Source: an uncultured Candidatus Binatia bacterium
GTDB lineage: Bacteria; Desulfobacterota; Binatia; UBA9968; JAJDTQ01
Reading direction: 5' to 3'
Length of the DNA stretch: 64,000 nucleotides
NCBI GenBank assembly: GCA_965213675.1
Contig: OZ243916.1
Span: 3,616,001 to 3,680,000 of the forward strand
Of the stretch, positions 19,611 through 28,780 are shown one piece after another; within the stretch, counting starts at the first letter, position 1, and each line of letters begins with the position of its first letter. The notes beneath the pieces were generated by a model. It saw only the letters and a list, made by a program, of their open reading frames with translations. It was not told where the DNA came from and did no database searches. A program made the position numbers and the translations under genes.

Positions 19611-20819
19611 TTACCTTCCGGCGGCTGCCTGCGCCGGCCTGGCCGCCGCGTTCCGCTTGGCGTAGGCTGGTGAGAGCCCGCGCAGGCGGTTGACTTCTTC
19701 CTCCACCCGCTTCAGCACGTAGTCCACCTCTTCCTCGGTGTTGAACCGTCCCACGCCGAAGCGGATGGAGCCGTGGGCGAGGTCCTCGCGCACTCCCATG
19801 GCCTTGAGCACGTGAGAAGGTTCCAGCGCGGCGGAGGTGCAGGTGGAGCCGGAGGAGACCGCCACGTCGTTGAGGCCCATGATCAGCGACTCGCCTTCCA
19901 CGTATCCGAAAGCCACGTTGAGGTTGCCGCACAGGCGCTCCGTGGGATGCCCGTTGAGGCGCAGCTCGTCGAGACGCGAGAACAGGCCCGCCTGCAGCCG
20001 GTTGCGCAACGCGGTGATGTGCGGCAGTTCCGCGGCCATCTCGGCGCGCGCGATCTCACACGCCTTGCCGAACCCGACGATGCCCGGGACGTTGAGCGTG
20101 CCCGAGCGCATGCCCCCTTCGTGGCCGCCGCCGTGAATGGTGGGGCTCAGGCGCACCGCGGGTTTGCGCGCGCTGACGTAAAGGGCGCCGATCCCCTTGG
20201 GGCCGTGCAGCTTGTGGGCGGTCATGGAAAGCAGATGGATCCCTGATCTGGCCACGTCGATGGGCATCTTGCCCACCGCCTGGGTGGCGTCGGTATGGAA
20301 CAGGATGCCGTGCTCCCGGGCGATCCGTCCGATGTCGTCCAGCGGCTGGATGGTCCCGACCTCGTTGTTGGCCGCCATGATGGAAATGAGCACGGTCTTG
20401 TCGTCGATGGCCGCGCGCAGCCTGTCGAGGTTCACCGTGCCGCAGGCGTCCACGGGCAGATAGGTGACCCGGTAGCCGTGGCGTTCCAGAAATTTGCAGG
20501 AATCCAGCACCGCCTTGTGCTCGGCCGCGCAGGTGATGACGTGGTCGCCCCGGTCACGGTGCATCTCCGCCACCCCCTGAATGGCGAGGTTGTCCGACTC
20601 GGTGGCGCCGCTGGTGAAGACGATCTCCTTGGGCGCGGCGCCGATCAGCGCGGCCACGTTCTTGCGCGCCTCGTACACCGCGGCGTCCGCCTCCCAACCG
20701 AACGTGTGCTTGCTCGCTGAATTGCCGAACCGCTCCGTGAAGAAGGGCAGCATGGCCTCCACGACCCGGGGATCCACGGGCGTCGTCGCGTGATTGTCGA
20801 AATAAACGGGCAGCTTCAC
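19611..20819 (-). CDS. iscS: Cysteine desulfurase, IscS-type
   Basis: YFDNHATTP, FTSGATESDN, TAHKLHGPKG, SSGSTCTS..LEPSHV and LRGLSP; GTG start after AGGAGG. Confidence 0.92.
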   Translation of the reverse strand: MKLPVYFDNHATTPVDPRVVEAMLPFFTERFGNSASKHTFGWEADAAVYEARKNVAALIGAAPKEIVFTSGATESDNLAIQGVAEMHRDRGDHVITCAAEHKAVLDSCKFLERHGYRVTYLPVDACGTVNLDRLRAAIDDKTVLISIMAANNEVGTIQPLDDIGRIAREHGILFHTDATQAVGKMPIDVARSGIHLLSMTAHKLHGPKGIGALYVSARKPAVRLSPTIHGGGHEGGMRSGTLNVPGIVGFGKACEIARAEMAAELPHITALRNRLQAGLFSRLDELRLNGHPTERLCGNLNVAFGYVEGESLIMGLNDVAVSSGSTCTSAALEPSHVLKAMGVREDLAHGSIRFGVGRFNTEEEVDYVLKRVEEEVNRLRGLSPAYAKRNAAARPAQAAAGR

Positions 20820-20895
20820 CAAAACACCTCCTGAACCCATTCATTTAGGCTTTCGGCTCCGTGATTGTCAAGAAAGAGCCGGTTTCGGTAGTGAG

Positions 20896-21762
20896 TCAGT
20901 TTGAATTCCTTTTCTTGTAGGTGCCACGCTTCCTGTCTTTCTCCGATTCCCGCGCTTCGATCAATTCTACTATGTCCGCCATATCCCATACCCGTTTCGT
21001 AATTCCAGCTTCCATTGCTGGGGTGACTCGAAGGGTCTGGTGAATCCGGCAAAAGTTGTAGTGCATGAAGTGAAGCGCCACCGCGTGTGCGTGGTTCTCG
21101 ACCTTCTTTGAAAAAGCGTTGGTCAGCCGCGTGAACCGGCGCATGGACATCCGCATGGTGAGATTCTGACGCTCCACATAGCTGGTGCTGATGTGCTTCG
21201 GGTCCGGATCGCCGGTGACGGTCTGCTGCTTGGCTCCGATGCACACTGCCGGGCTGTAGCGGTGTTCGGGGTCTGCCGCGCCGTACATCTTAACGAGTTG
21301 GGCAAAGTCAACGTCCGCTCCGAAAGCGCCCTCTACGGCTTCCAGGTGCGGCTTGTGACCGTCCGTGGTCATTTGCACTCGCTCGGCCACATCGTTCATG
21401 AAGTCAGTGGCGTATCCCGCGTCACGTACGCCCACGAGCCAGGAGATGGCCAGCCTGGAATCCGCGTCGATGGCCGTCCATGTCCAAACGTCGCCCGCGC
21501 CCGTAGGGGCGGCCTTCGCACTCGCCACGTTTTTTTGCTTGGAGTAGCAGAAGCTCCAGATTTCATCGCACTGGACGCGACGGCTGTTGAGACCGCGTAC
21601 ATAGGCGTCATGGTACCCTTGGCAAGCCGCCCCTGCATCGCTCAGGAGCTTCGCCGCCGTATTCTTGCTAGCACCTGTGACTCGGACGATAGCGCGGATC
21701 GCCATGCCCTCGCACAGGAGTTGCAGAATCTGTGCCCGTTCTTTGGGAGAGAGCTTGTTCAT
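20896..21762 (-). CDS. IS1-family DDE transposase
   Basis: N-terminal HTH ([15 protein letters not shown]); DDE residues in VQCDEIW, TTDG and YVERQN; [13 protein letters not shown]; stop codon inside the TIR. Confidence 0.88.
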   Translation of the reverse strand: MNKLSPKERAQILQLLCEGMAIRAIVRVTGASKNTAAKLLSDAGAACQGYHDAYVRGLNSRRVQCDEIWSFCYSKQKNVASAKAAPTGAGDVWTWTAIDADSRLAISWLVGVRDAGYATDFMNDVAERVQMTTDGHKPHLEAVEGAFGADVDFAQLVKMYGAADPEHRYSPAVCIGAKQQTVTGDPDPKHISTSYVERQNLTMRMSMRRFTRLTNAFSKKVENHAHAVALHFMHYNFCRIHQTLRVTPAMEAGITKRVWDMADIVELIEARESEKDRKRGTYKKRNSN

Positions 21763-21871
21763 GGTTTTGAATGTGGCCCACCCCTTGGCCCATGTCAAGC
21801 ATAATAGTCAGTTTAATGCATTGCCATAACTAAGCAATTGACGATGACGCTCCAACGTGCCATCTTCTGGC

Positions 21872-22168
21872 ATGAAGATCGTGTTCCTTGATGAGCGCCT
21901 CGCCCTAATCCGCACAGATCAAGCGGCAAAGACGAAACTGCCGTTTTCAGTAATCAAGTCGGCGAGGGAAAAGCTGATCATCCTTGAGGCGGCGCCGGAC
22001 GAAAGGGTGCTAAGGAACTGGAAGAGTCTTCGCTACGAGAAGCTCAAAGGTGACAGACAAGACCGGAGATCGATTCGACTGAATAATCAATGGCGTATTG
22101 TGTTCCAACTCGACAACCATACCGAACCGCCGACGATCACTGTGCTGGCGGTTGAGGACTACCACTAA
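21872..22168 (+). CDS. higB: HigB/RelE-family toxin (plasmid maintenance killer type)
   Basis: YEKLKGDR...SIRLNNQWRIVF...VEDYH signature; toxin upstream of antitoxin. Confidence 0.85.
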   Translation: MKIVFLDERLALIRTDQAAKTKLPFSVIKSAREKLIILEAAPDERVLRNWKSLRYEKLKGDRQDRRSIRLNNQWRIVFQLDNHTEPPTITVLAVEDYH

Positions 22169-22185
22169 ATCAGGGAGGCTGCGAC

Positions 22186-23301
22186 ATGGATTACGTAGGC
22201 GACGTTCCGCACCCGGGCTACTTTATCCAGGAGGAACTGGACGCGCGTGGCTGGGGACAAGTTGACCTTGCCTATGTTCTGGGGATTTCCGCACAGGCGT
22301 TGAATCCGATAATCAAGGGGAAGCGTGCGATCACACCCGACATGGCGCGCGCGCTCGGTGATGCGTTTGATGTTTCCGGAGAATTCTTCGCTAATCTTCA
22401 GAAGTTGAGCGACCTTGCCCTTGCGCGCGTACCGGATCCCGACGTTTCCCGCAAGGCCAAACTGCAATCGGTGTTCCCGATTCGCGAGATGATTCGGCGC
22501 GGTTGGTTGACGGACGCCAAGGGACCAATCTTGGAGGCTGAGGTTGCCCAGTTTTTTGAGAAAAAGTCATTGGAGCAAGTACCGTACTTTGCCCACGCGG
22601 CCAAGAAGACCAACTACGCAGAGGTCACTCCCGCCCAGCTAGCGTGGCTCTATCGAGTGAGGCAGATCGCCAGAGAAATGGTTGTGCCGCGCTATAGCAA
22701 GAATAAGCTGACAAGAGCCGTTGAACACTTCCGCCATTTCCGCATAGGCCCGGAAAATGCGCGACATATACCAGGGGTCCTCGCAGATTGTGGCGTACGT
22801 TTTGTTGCTGTCGAATCACTGCCGGGCGCGAAAATTGACGGTTCCTGCTTTTGGCTTGGAAGGTCTCCGGTCATCGGCATGAGTCTACTGTATGACCGCA
22901 TCGATAATTTCTGGTTTGTCTTGGTTCATGAAATCGAGCACGTGTTGAGGGAACACGGCAAGCGTCGAATCCTTATCGACGTAGAGGTCGAGAAGGATTC
23001 CACGGATATCCCGGAAGAGGAAAAGACGGCTAACGCCGCCGCCCAAGAGTTCTGTGTCCCGCAGGACGAGATGGATTCCTTCCATATAAGGAAGAATCCA
23101 TACTTTTCTGAGAGAGACGTGTTGTTGTTTGCCAGGCGTATCCAGGTCCACCCTGGCCTTGTGGCCGGCCAACTTAGGCGAAGGTTGGGAAGGTGGAATC
23201 TCTTCAATTCAATGCTGGAAAAGATTCGGCACCACGTAATCTCTTCGGCCGAGCATGACGGGTGGGGTCATGTGGCTTCGGTGAATGGATGGGAGGACTG
23301 A
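22186..23301 (+). CDS. higA: HigA-type XRE HTH antitoxin fused to an ImmA/IrrE-family zinc metallopeptidase domain
   Basis: PHPGYFIQEEL..RGWGQVDLA..GKRAITPDMA HTH; RIDNFWFVLVHEIEH (HExxH) and EKTAN. Confidence 0.85.
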   Translation: MDYVGDVPHPGYFIQEELDARGWGQVDLAYVLGISAQALNPIIKGKRAITPDMARALGDAFDVSGEFFANLQKLSDLALARVPDPDVSRKAKLQSVFPIREMIRRGWLTDAKGPILEAEVAQFFEKKSLEQVPYFAHAAKKTNYAEVTPAQLAWLYRVRQIAREMVVPRYSKNKLTRAVEHFRHFRIGPENARHIPGVLADCGVRFVAVESLPGAKIDGSCFWLGRSPVIGMSLLYDRIDNFWFVLVHEIEHVLREHGKRRILIDVEVEKDSTDIPEEEKTANAAAQEFCVPQDEMDSFHIRKNPYFSERDVLLFARRIQVHPGLVAGQLRRRLGRWNLFNSMLEKIRHHVISSAEHDGWGHVASVNGWED

Positions 23302-23464
23302 CTCGCAGCGGAGACGGCAGGTCGTAGGCGATTGCCTTCAGCTCAAGACAGACGTTGATGTCTACAACGACCAACACTACGACGATGAGCCGATTCCGCT
23401 GGAACTGGACTTCACGCGTGATGTCGAGGAACTCCAGTTGGGCCAGTCGGACGAAGCGGCCTAG
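23285..23464 (+). pseudogene. 59-aa probable remnant of the third gene that accompanies higBA-IrrE cassettes
   Basis: Reads MDGRTDSQRRRQVVGDCLQLKTDVDVYNDQHYDDEPIPLELDFTRDVEE...; resembles, from recall, the C-terminus of a longer conserved hypothetical protein; below the ORF-track cut-off. Confidence 0.5.
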
Positions 23465-23682
23465 TCTCGCTTCTTCCACCTCGTTTGGGCGGCGAGGCTT
23501 GCTATCTCCGACCGTTCTCCGGGCGATAACTTGGCCGCACGGGCTGGGCCACCCAGCTCGCCAGCCTTCCGGGCTCGCTTGGCTCGTTCGGTTTCCGCTG
23601 GCTCTTGGATGTCCCCGGTGGCGATGTCCACCATCAGCTTGGCGAGTTGGTTGGGATCGCGTGGGCGTTTCACTTTTGGCAT
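23461..23682 (-). CDS. Small basic IS-associated protein (73 aa, often auto-annotated as histone H1-like or RNA-binding)
   Basis: KRPRDPNQLAKLMVDIATG...GGPARAAKLSPGERSEIASLAAQTRW; first gene inside the right TIR; TTGACA on the minus strand at 23713-23718. Confidence 0.75.
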   Translation of the reverse strand: MPKVKRPRDPNQLAKLMVDIATGDIQEPAETERAKRARKAGELGGPARAAKLSPGERSEIASLAAQTRWKKRD

Positions 23683-23714
23683 AAAGGAAGGGTGCCCATG
23701 GCCCCCTGCGGATG

Positions 23715-26474
23715 TCAATGGGGCTCAGATTCAAACTGACCCATTACCCCGGCTTCGTTCCCCTGCCTCTCGCCACGATTCGATAAACCCGACCCCTGGG
23801 CGTGGAGCGAGCGGTCGGGGTGTTGCAACTCCCGCAGGCATTGCCCGGTGGCGGACGCGGCCACCCGCATCACATCCTCGGGCGTTCCGGCGGCCACCAC
23901 GCGGCCGCCGTTCTCCCCGCCCTCGGGGCCCAGGTCGACGATGTAGTCGGCGTGGCGCAGGAAATCCGGGTTGTGCTCGATGGCGATGACCGTGTGGCCG
24001 GCTTCCACCAGCCGGTGGAGGATCTCCAGCAGCCGGCTCACTTCCTCGAAGTGGAGGCCGGTGGTGGGCTCGTCAAACAGATAGAGGGCGTGGCCGCCGG
24101 GCCGCTTGCTCAACTCCCGCGCGAGTTTCACCCGTTGGGCCTCGCCGCCCGAAAGCGTCGTGGCCCGCTGCCCCAGCCGCAGGTAGCCCAGCCCCACCTG
24201 CCGCAAGGTCTCCAGCCGCGCCCGGATCAGCGGCACGTTGCCCAGCAGTTCCAGCGCTTCGGTGACGGTGAGGTCGAGTACGTCGGCGATGTTGGCGCCC
24301 TTGTAGCGGATCTCCAGGGTCTCGCGGTTGTACCGGCGCCCGCCGCAGACGTCGCAGGTCACGGATACGTCCGGGAGGAACTGCATCTCGATGTCCACCG
24401 TGCCGGCGCCCTGGCACGCTTCGCAGCGCCCTCCCGCCGCGTTGTGGGAGAAGCGCCCGGCGCCGTAGCCGCGCAACCGGGCCTCCGGCAAACGCGCGAA
24501 CAGGTTGCGCAAGGGGTCGAAGAGTCCGCCGTAGGTGGCCGGAGTGGAGCGGCTGCTGCGTCCGATGGAGCCCTGATCGACGTAGAGGACGCGGTCGAAG
24601 GCCTCGAGGCCGGTGACCGCGGTCGCGGATGCGCTCCCCGGCCGCGCCCGCCGGCGGGAACCCGCGCTGCTCCGACGCGCTGCGGTCTTGCCTTTGGAAG
24701 GCGTGGGCGCGCGTGACGCCGTCCTTGCGGCGTGGCGCGGTGCCGCCCCGTACAAGGTGTCCGCCACGAGGCTGCTCTTGCCCGAGCCAGATACCCCTGT
24801 CACGCAGGTCAGCGCCCCGATGGGGAAGTCCACGTCGAGGTTCTTCAGGTTGTGGCGCGTGGCGTTGCGGATGGAAATCGCGCCGTTGCCGGCGCGCCGC
24901 CGGGGAGAGGGCGCGGCCGTCGCCCCGGTCAGGTACGGTCCCGTGCGGGATGCGGGGTGTGCGCGGATCTCTTCCACCGACCCCGTCGCGAGCACCTCCC
25001 CTCCCTCGACACCCGCCCCCGGCCCCATGTCGATGACGTGGTCCGCGGCCAGGATCACGTCCCGGTCGTGCTCCACGACGAGCACGGTGTTGTCCGCGTC
25101 CTTGAGGTCCCGCAGCACCCCGAGGAGCCGCGCGGTGTCCCGCGGGTGGAGCCCGACCGTGGGTTCGTCGAGCACGTAGATGACCCCGGAGAGCCGCGCG
25201 CCGATATGAGCGGCCAGCCGGATCCTCTGGCACTCGCCCCCCGACAGGCTGTCGGACACGCGCGCCAGCGTCAGGTAACCCAGCTCCAGCCGCAGCAGCG
25301 CGGCGGTGCGCTCGCGGATTTCGCGCAGGACGTTCCCGGCCACCGCGGACTCGCGTGCCCCCAGGGTCAGACCTTGGATAAATCGCTGCAAGTCCTTCAG
25401 CGACAAAGCGGAAACCTGGGCGATGTCCAGTCCGCCGATCTTCACCAGGAGACTTTCCCGGCGCAGCCGGGCGCCGCGGCATGCGGCACAGGGGGGCGAA
25501 GCCTCCTTTGCGCCCGTGTCCGCGTCCGCGCCGTCCGCGCGCGCTCCCGTCGGCGCGTTCCCACGAGTCGGTCCGCGCGCCTGAACGCCGAGTCCATGAC
25601 ACGCCGGACAGGCCCCGTGCGGGCTGTTGAACGAAAAGAGCTGCGGCACGATCTCCGGGAACGGGATGCCGCAATCAAGACACGCGGCGCGTTGGCTGTA
25701 ACGGCGGAACTCCGTGCCGGCGCCGTCGCGTATTTCCACGGCCACGACCCCGTCGCCGTGTTCCAGGGCCACCTCCAGCGAGTCGGCGAGGCGCTTGGCG
25801 ACCCCCTCCCGCGCCACCAGCCGGTCCACCACCAACTCCGCCCTGCCCGGCGCAGGCGCGTGCGTCGCGTGGGCCGTCTCCGCCGCGGCGGCCCTCTCCG
25901 CGGCCTCCACAATCTCCGCGGTCTCCGCCACCTCGCCGTCCAGCCTGACACGCACGAATCCCGCGCGCATCACCCGTTGGATCTCGCGCCGGAACTCGTC
26001 CGCGTCGCCGCAACGCAAGGGGGCCAGCACCTCGATGCGCGCGCCCGCGGGCCGCTCCAGCACCGCGTCCACCATCTGCTGCACCGTGTGTACGACGATG
26101 GGCTTGCCGCAACCCAGGCAGTGAGGCCGCCCCACATGCGTGAACAGGAGCCGAAGGTGGTCGTGGATTTCCGTCAGCGTTCCCACCGTGGAACGGGGGT
26201 TCTCGTGGAAACGCCGTTGCGGCACCGCGATGGCCGGAGAAAGCCCGTGGATGGAATCCACATCGGCCCGCGCCAGCGGGTTGAGAAGCTGGCGCGCGTA
26301 GGTGGAAAGCGACTGCATGTAGTGCCGTTGTCCTTCCGCGTACACCGTGTCGAAGGCCAGCGACGACTTCCCCGATCCGGAAACCCCGGTGATGACCACC
26401 AGCTTTCCTCGGGGGATTTCGACGTCCACATTCTTGAGATTGTGTAGGCGCGCGCCTTTGACGACGATGTTCAT
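23715..26474 (-). CDS. uvrA: Excinuclease ABC subunit A homologue lacking the insertion domain
   Basis: GARLHNLKN, two GVSGSGKS Walker A motifs, [16 protein letters not shown], two DEPT motifs, zinc-binding CxxC pairs, [11 protein letters not shown]. Confidence 0.9.
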   Translation of the reverse strand: MNIVVKGARLHNLKNVDVEIPRGKLVVITGVSGSGKSSLAFDTVYAEGQRHYMQSLSTYARQLLNPLARADVDSIHGLSPAIAVPQRRFHENPRSTVGTLTEIHDHLRLLFTHVGRPHCLGCGKPIVVHTVQQMVDAVLERPAGARIEVLAPLRCGDADEFRREIQRVMRAGFVRVRLDGEVAETAEIVEAAERAAAAETAHATHAPAPGRAELVVDRLVAREGVAKRLADSLEVALEHGDGVVAVEIRDGAGTEFRRYSQRAACLDCGIPFPEIVPQLFSFNSPHGACPACHGLGVQARGPTRGNAPTGARADGADADTGAKEASPPCAACRGARLRRESLLVKIGGLDIAQVSALSLKDLQRFIQGLTLGARESAVAGNVLREIRERTAALLRLELGYLTLARVSDSLSGGECQRIRLAAHIGARLSGVIYVLDEPTVGLHPRDTARLLGVLRDLKDADNTVLVVEHDRDVILAADHVIDMGPGAGVEGGEVLATGSVEEIRAHPASRTGPYLTGATAAPSPRRRAGNGAISIRNATRHNLKNLDVDFPIGALTCVTGVSGSGKSSLVADTLYGAAPRHAARTASRAPTPSKGKTAARRSSAGSRRRARPGSASATAVTGLEAFDRVLYVDQGSIGRSSRSTPATYGGLFDPLRNLFARLPEARLRGYGAGRFSHNAAGGRCEACQGAGTVDIEMQFLPDVSVTCDVCGGRRYNRETLEIRYKGANIADVLDLTVTEALELLGNVPLIRARLETLRQVGLGYLRLGQRATTLSGGEAQRVKLARELSKRPGGHALYLFDEPTTGLHFEEVSRLLEILHRLVEAGHTVIAIEHNPDFLRHADYIVDLGPEGGENGGRVVAAGTPEDVMRVAASATGQCLRELQHPDRSLHAQGSGLSNRGERQGNEAGVMGQFESEPH

Positions 26475-27454
26475 GCCCGCCGCGCCAGTTCCGCGGCCAG
26501 CAGGATCGCCTGCTTCATGCTGCGGCTGTCGGCGATTCCCTGGCCGGCAATGTCGTAGGCGGTGCCGTGGTCCGCGGAGGTTCGAATGAGTGGCAATCCC
26601 AGGGTCAGGTTGACGCCGTCGGTGAAGTGCAAGAGCTTGAACGGCCCGAGTCCCTGGTCGTGGTACATGCACACCACCGCGTCGTAGTCGCCGCGCGCGG
26701 CCCGGTGAAACAGGCTGTCCGCCGGAACCGGGCCGGCCACCGTCATGCCGCCGGCGGCACAGTTCCGCACCGCCGGCCGGATCAACCGCCGCTCCTCCTG
26801 ACCGAACATGCCGTCCTCGCCGCCGTGGGGGTTCAGCGCCGCCACCGCCAGACGCGGCTGCGCCACGCCGAACCACTGCCGCAGGGCCTTGTGCGTCAAC
26901 TCGATGGTGGTGCGCACGCGCGCCCGAGTCAGAGCGGCGGCCACTTCGGTGAGCGGCAGGTGCACCGTCACCAGCACCACCTTCAGACGATCCCCGTACA
27001 GCATCATGCGCACGTCCCGCGTGCCCGTGACGTCGGCCAGGAGTTCGGTGTGTCCCGGATAGAGGTGGCCAGCGTCGTTGAGCGCCTTCTTGCTGATGGG
27101 CGCCGTGGCCATGGCGTGGGCCGCGCCGGTGCGGATGAGCTCCACGGCGCGAAGAATGTACTGGTAGCAGGCCTCGCCTCCGGCTCGCGTCGACCGGCCC
27201 GGCCGGACCTGGGAGGGCTTGAGGCGGGTGACGGCGTCGACGGCGGTGGGAGCGCCGGCCGGCGGGGGTTCGTCCGGATTCCGCACCGGCCATCGCGGCG
27301 CGCGCGCCTGTTCGAGCAACAAAGGGTCGCCCACCAGCACCACGCGGCAGGCGCGGCGCACCGCCGCATCACGGGCCGCCTTGACCGCCACTTCGGGTCC
27401 GATCCCAGCGGGATCGCCCATGGTGACGGCGACTACCGGCTTCGCGATGGGCAC
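26471..27454 (-). CDS. pdxA: 4-hydroxythreonine-4-phosphate dehydrogenase
   Basis: [29 protein letters not shown] and [14 protein letters not shown]; follows surA as is typical. Confidence 0.95.
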   Translation of the reverse strand: MPIAKPVVAVTMGDPAGIGPEVAVKAARDAAVRRACRVVLVGDPLLLEQARAPRWPVRNPDEPPPAGAPTAVDAVTRLKPSQVRPGRSTRAGGEACYQYILRAVELIRTGAAHAMATAPISKKALNDAGHLYPGHTELLADVTGTRDVRMMLYGDRLKVVLVTVHLPLTEVAAALTRARVRTTIELTHKALRQWFGVAQPRLAVAALNPHGGEDGMFGQEERRLIRPAVRNCAAGGMTVAGPVPADSLFHRAARGDYDAVVCMYHDQGLGPFKLLHFTDGVNLTLGLPLIRTSADHGTAYDIAGQGIADSRSMKQAILLAAELARRA

Positions 27455-27487
27455 CGGGTTCGTCCTTGCCAGCCGTAGCGCCGAACC

Positions 27488-28759
27488 CTATGGGTTGGTG
27501 GCATCTGGTGCGGTGGGCGCCGCCGGCGCGCCGTTCCCGATGGACTCGTTGAGCGGCACGTCCGCATCGTCGCCCGCCTCAGTGGTGAACAGCGGAATGC
27601 CGAACAGCTTGACTCTCTTGCGATCGGTCACGCCCGAAGGGTCGGGGATCGGTTCCTCGTCGTAGATGTAGGTGAGCGGGTTGACGTAGTCCCAGAAGCC
27701 TTTTTTTCGTTCGGGTGCCGCGGTGGTGGCCATCAGGTTGCCGACGGTGCCCCGTTCGGCCTCCTGGGCCTCGAAGTCGTACTCCGACAGCTTGACTTCC
27801 ACGCGGTGCTTCTTGCGCAGATCGGTCTTGAGCCACTTGGCGAATCGCTCCTGGAGCGTCTTGTTGTAGAGTTCGTCGCGCACCTGTTCCGAGACCGTCT
27901 CGAAGCCGAGCCTCACGCCGCCCTGGCGGTCTTCCGCGCGGACCAGATGGTAGCCCAGGCTGGTGCGGACGGGTGGACTGGTGGCGCCCTTCTCCAGTGC
28001 GGCGGCGGCCTTTGCCAGCGAATCGGGCAAATCCTCGGGTTTGACCCAGCCGATGTCGCCGCCGTTGCCTGCGCCCGCGCCCTGGGAATGGGTCCGCGCC
28101 AACGCCGCGAGGTCCGCTCCGTCCACGATCTGCCTCCGCAGCGCGTCGATGCGCGCACGCACCGCCTGTTCCTGTGCGGCGGAAGCGCCCTGGTCCACGC
28201 TCAGCATGAGGTGGCGGAGTTGGAGCTTGAGTTCGGTGCGGTACAGGAGCGGGTTGGCGTCGTAGTATCGCTTGGCATCCTGCATCGTCACGTGGATTCG
28301 CTGGCGGACGTTGCGGCGGATCAACTCGTCCCGCTCGATTTGGCGCCGGACCTCCGCGCGGTATTCCTGCAGGTTCTTGCCCTGGCGCTCGAGCAGGCTG
28401 GTGAACTGCGCGACAGAGAGGCGGTTCTGCCCCCGCAGCGCGCTGATGTAGCTGTCGACGTCCTCGTCGCGCACGCGGATGCCCGTGCTCCGCACCTCGG
28501 CCTGGACAAGCTCGTTGGTGATGAACTGTTCCAGCCATTCCTGGGGGACGCGTCCCGCGGTCAACTCATCGAGGCGCACATCCTTGCCGAGTCGATCCCG
28601 CGTGAACCGCCGCAGGTCCGAGAAGGTGTGGGGCGCGCCATTGACCACAACGACGATCTTCTCGACGAGCGTCGCCGATGCGGCGCCGGGGAGAAGCGCG
28701 AGCAGGAGGAAGAGGAAGAACGAAAACAAATGACCAAGTCGTGGGTGAACGGATTTCAT
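27488..28759 (-). CDS. surA: SurA-like periplasmic chaperone / parvulin PPIase with a C-terminal extension
   Basis: Signal peptide, VEKIVVVVNG, parvulin core ARTHSQG..GGDIGW..PVRTSLGYHL; mfd-surA-pdxA synteny; start uncertain (28759 or 28774). Confidence 0.8.
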   Translation of the reverse strand: MKSVHPRLGHLFSFFLFLLLALLPGAASATLVEKIVVVVNGAPHTFSDLRRFTRDRLGKDVRLDELTAGRVPQEWLEQFITNELVQAEVRSTGIRVRDEDVDSYISALRGQNRLSVAQFTSLLERQGKNLQEYRAEVRRQIERDELIRRNVRQRIHVTMQDAKRYYDANPLLYRTELKLQLRHLMLSVDQGASAAQEQAVRARIDALRRQIVDGADLAALARTHSQGAGAGNGGDIGWVKPEDLPDSLAKAAAALEKGATSPPVRTSLGYHLVRAEDRQGGVRLGFETVSEQVRDELYNKTLQERFAKWLKTDLRKKHRVEVKLSEYDFEAQEAERGTVGNLMATTAAPERKKGFWDYVNPLTYIYDEEPIPDPSGVTDRKRVKLFGIPLFTTEAGDDADVPLNESIGNGAPAAPTAPDATNP

Positions 28760-28780
28760 GACAAGTAGAACCATACATTT

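Larger units (their letters stand above)
20887..23748 (-). mobile_element. IS1-family element with passenger genes (2862 bp)
   Basis: TIRs GGTAGTGAGTCAGTTTGAAT (20887-20906) and ATTCAAACTGACCCATTACC (23729-23748), 18/20 match; flanks CCGGTTTC (20879-20886) and CCGGCTTC (23749-23756), a 7/8 target duplication; interior visibly more AT-rich. Confidence 0.88.

Noticed and set aside
21340-21400. Possible short in-frame deletion in the IS1 transposase before TTDG ([12 protein letters not shown])
   Set aside because: Looks a few residues shorter than homologues I recall, but cannot be confirmed without an alignment; frame and DDE residues are intact
26475-27293. 273-aa N-terminal extension on uvrA (1192-aa ORF)
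   Set aside because: Overlaps pdxA in another frame; the UvrA start [12 protein letters not shown] is at 26474
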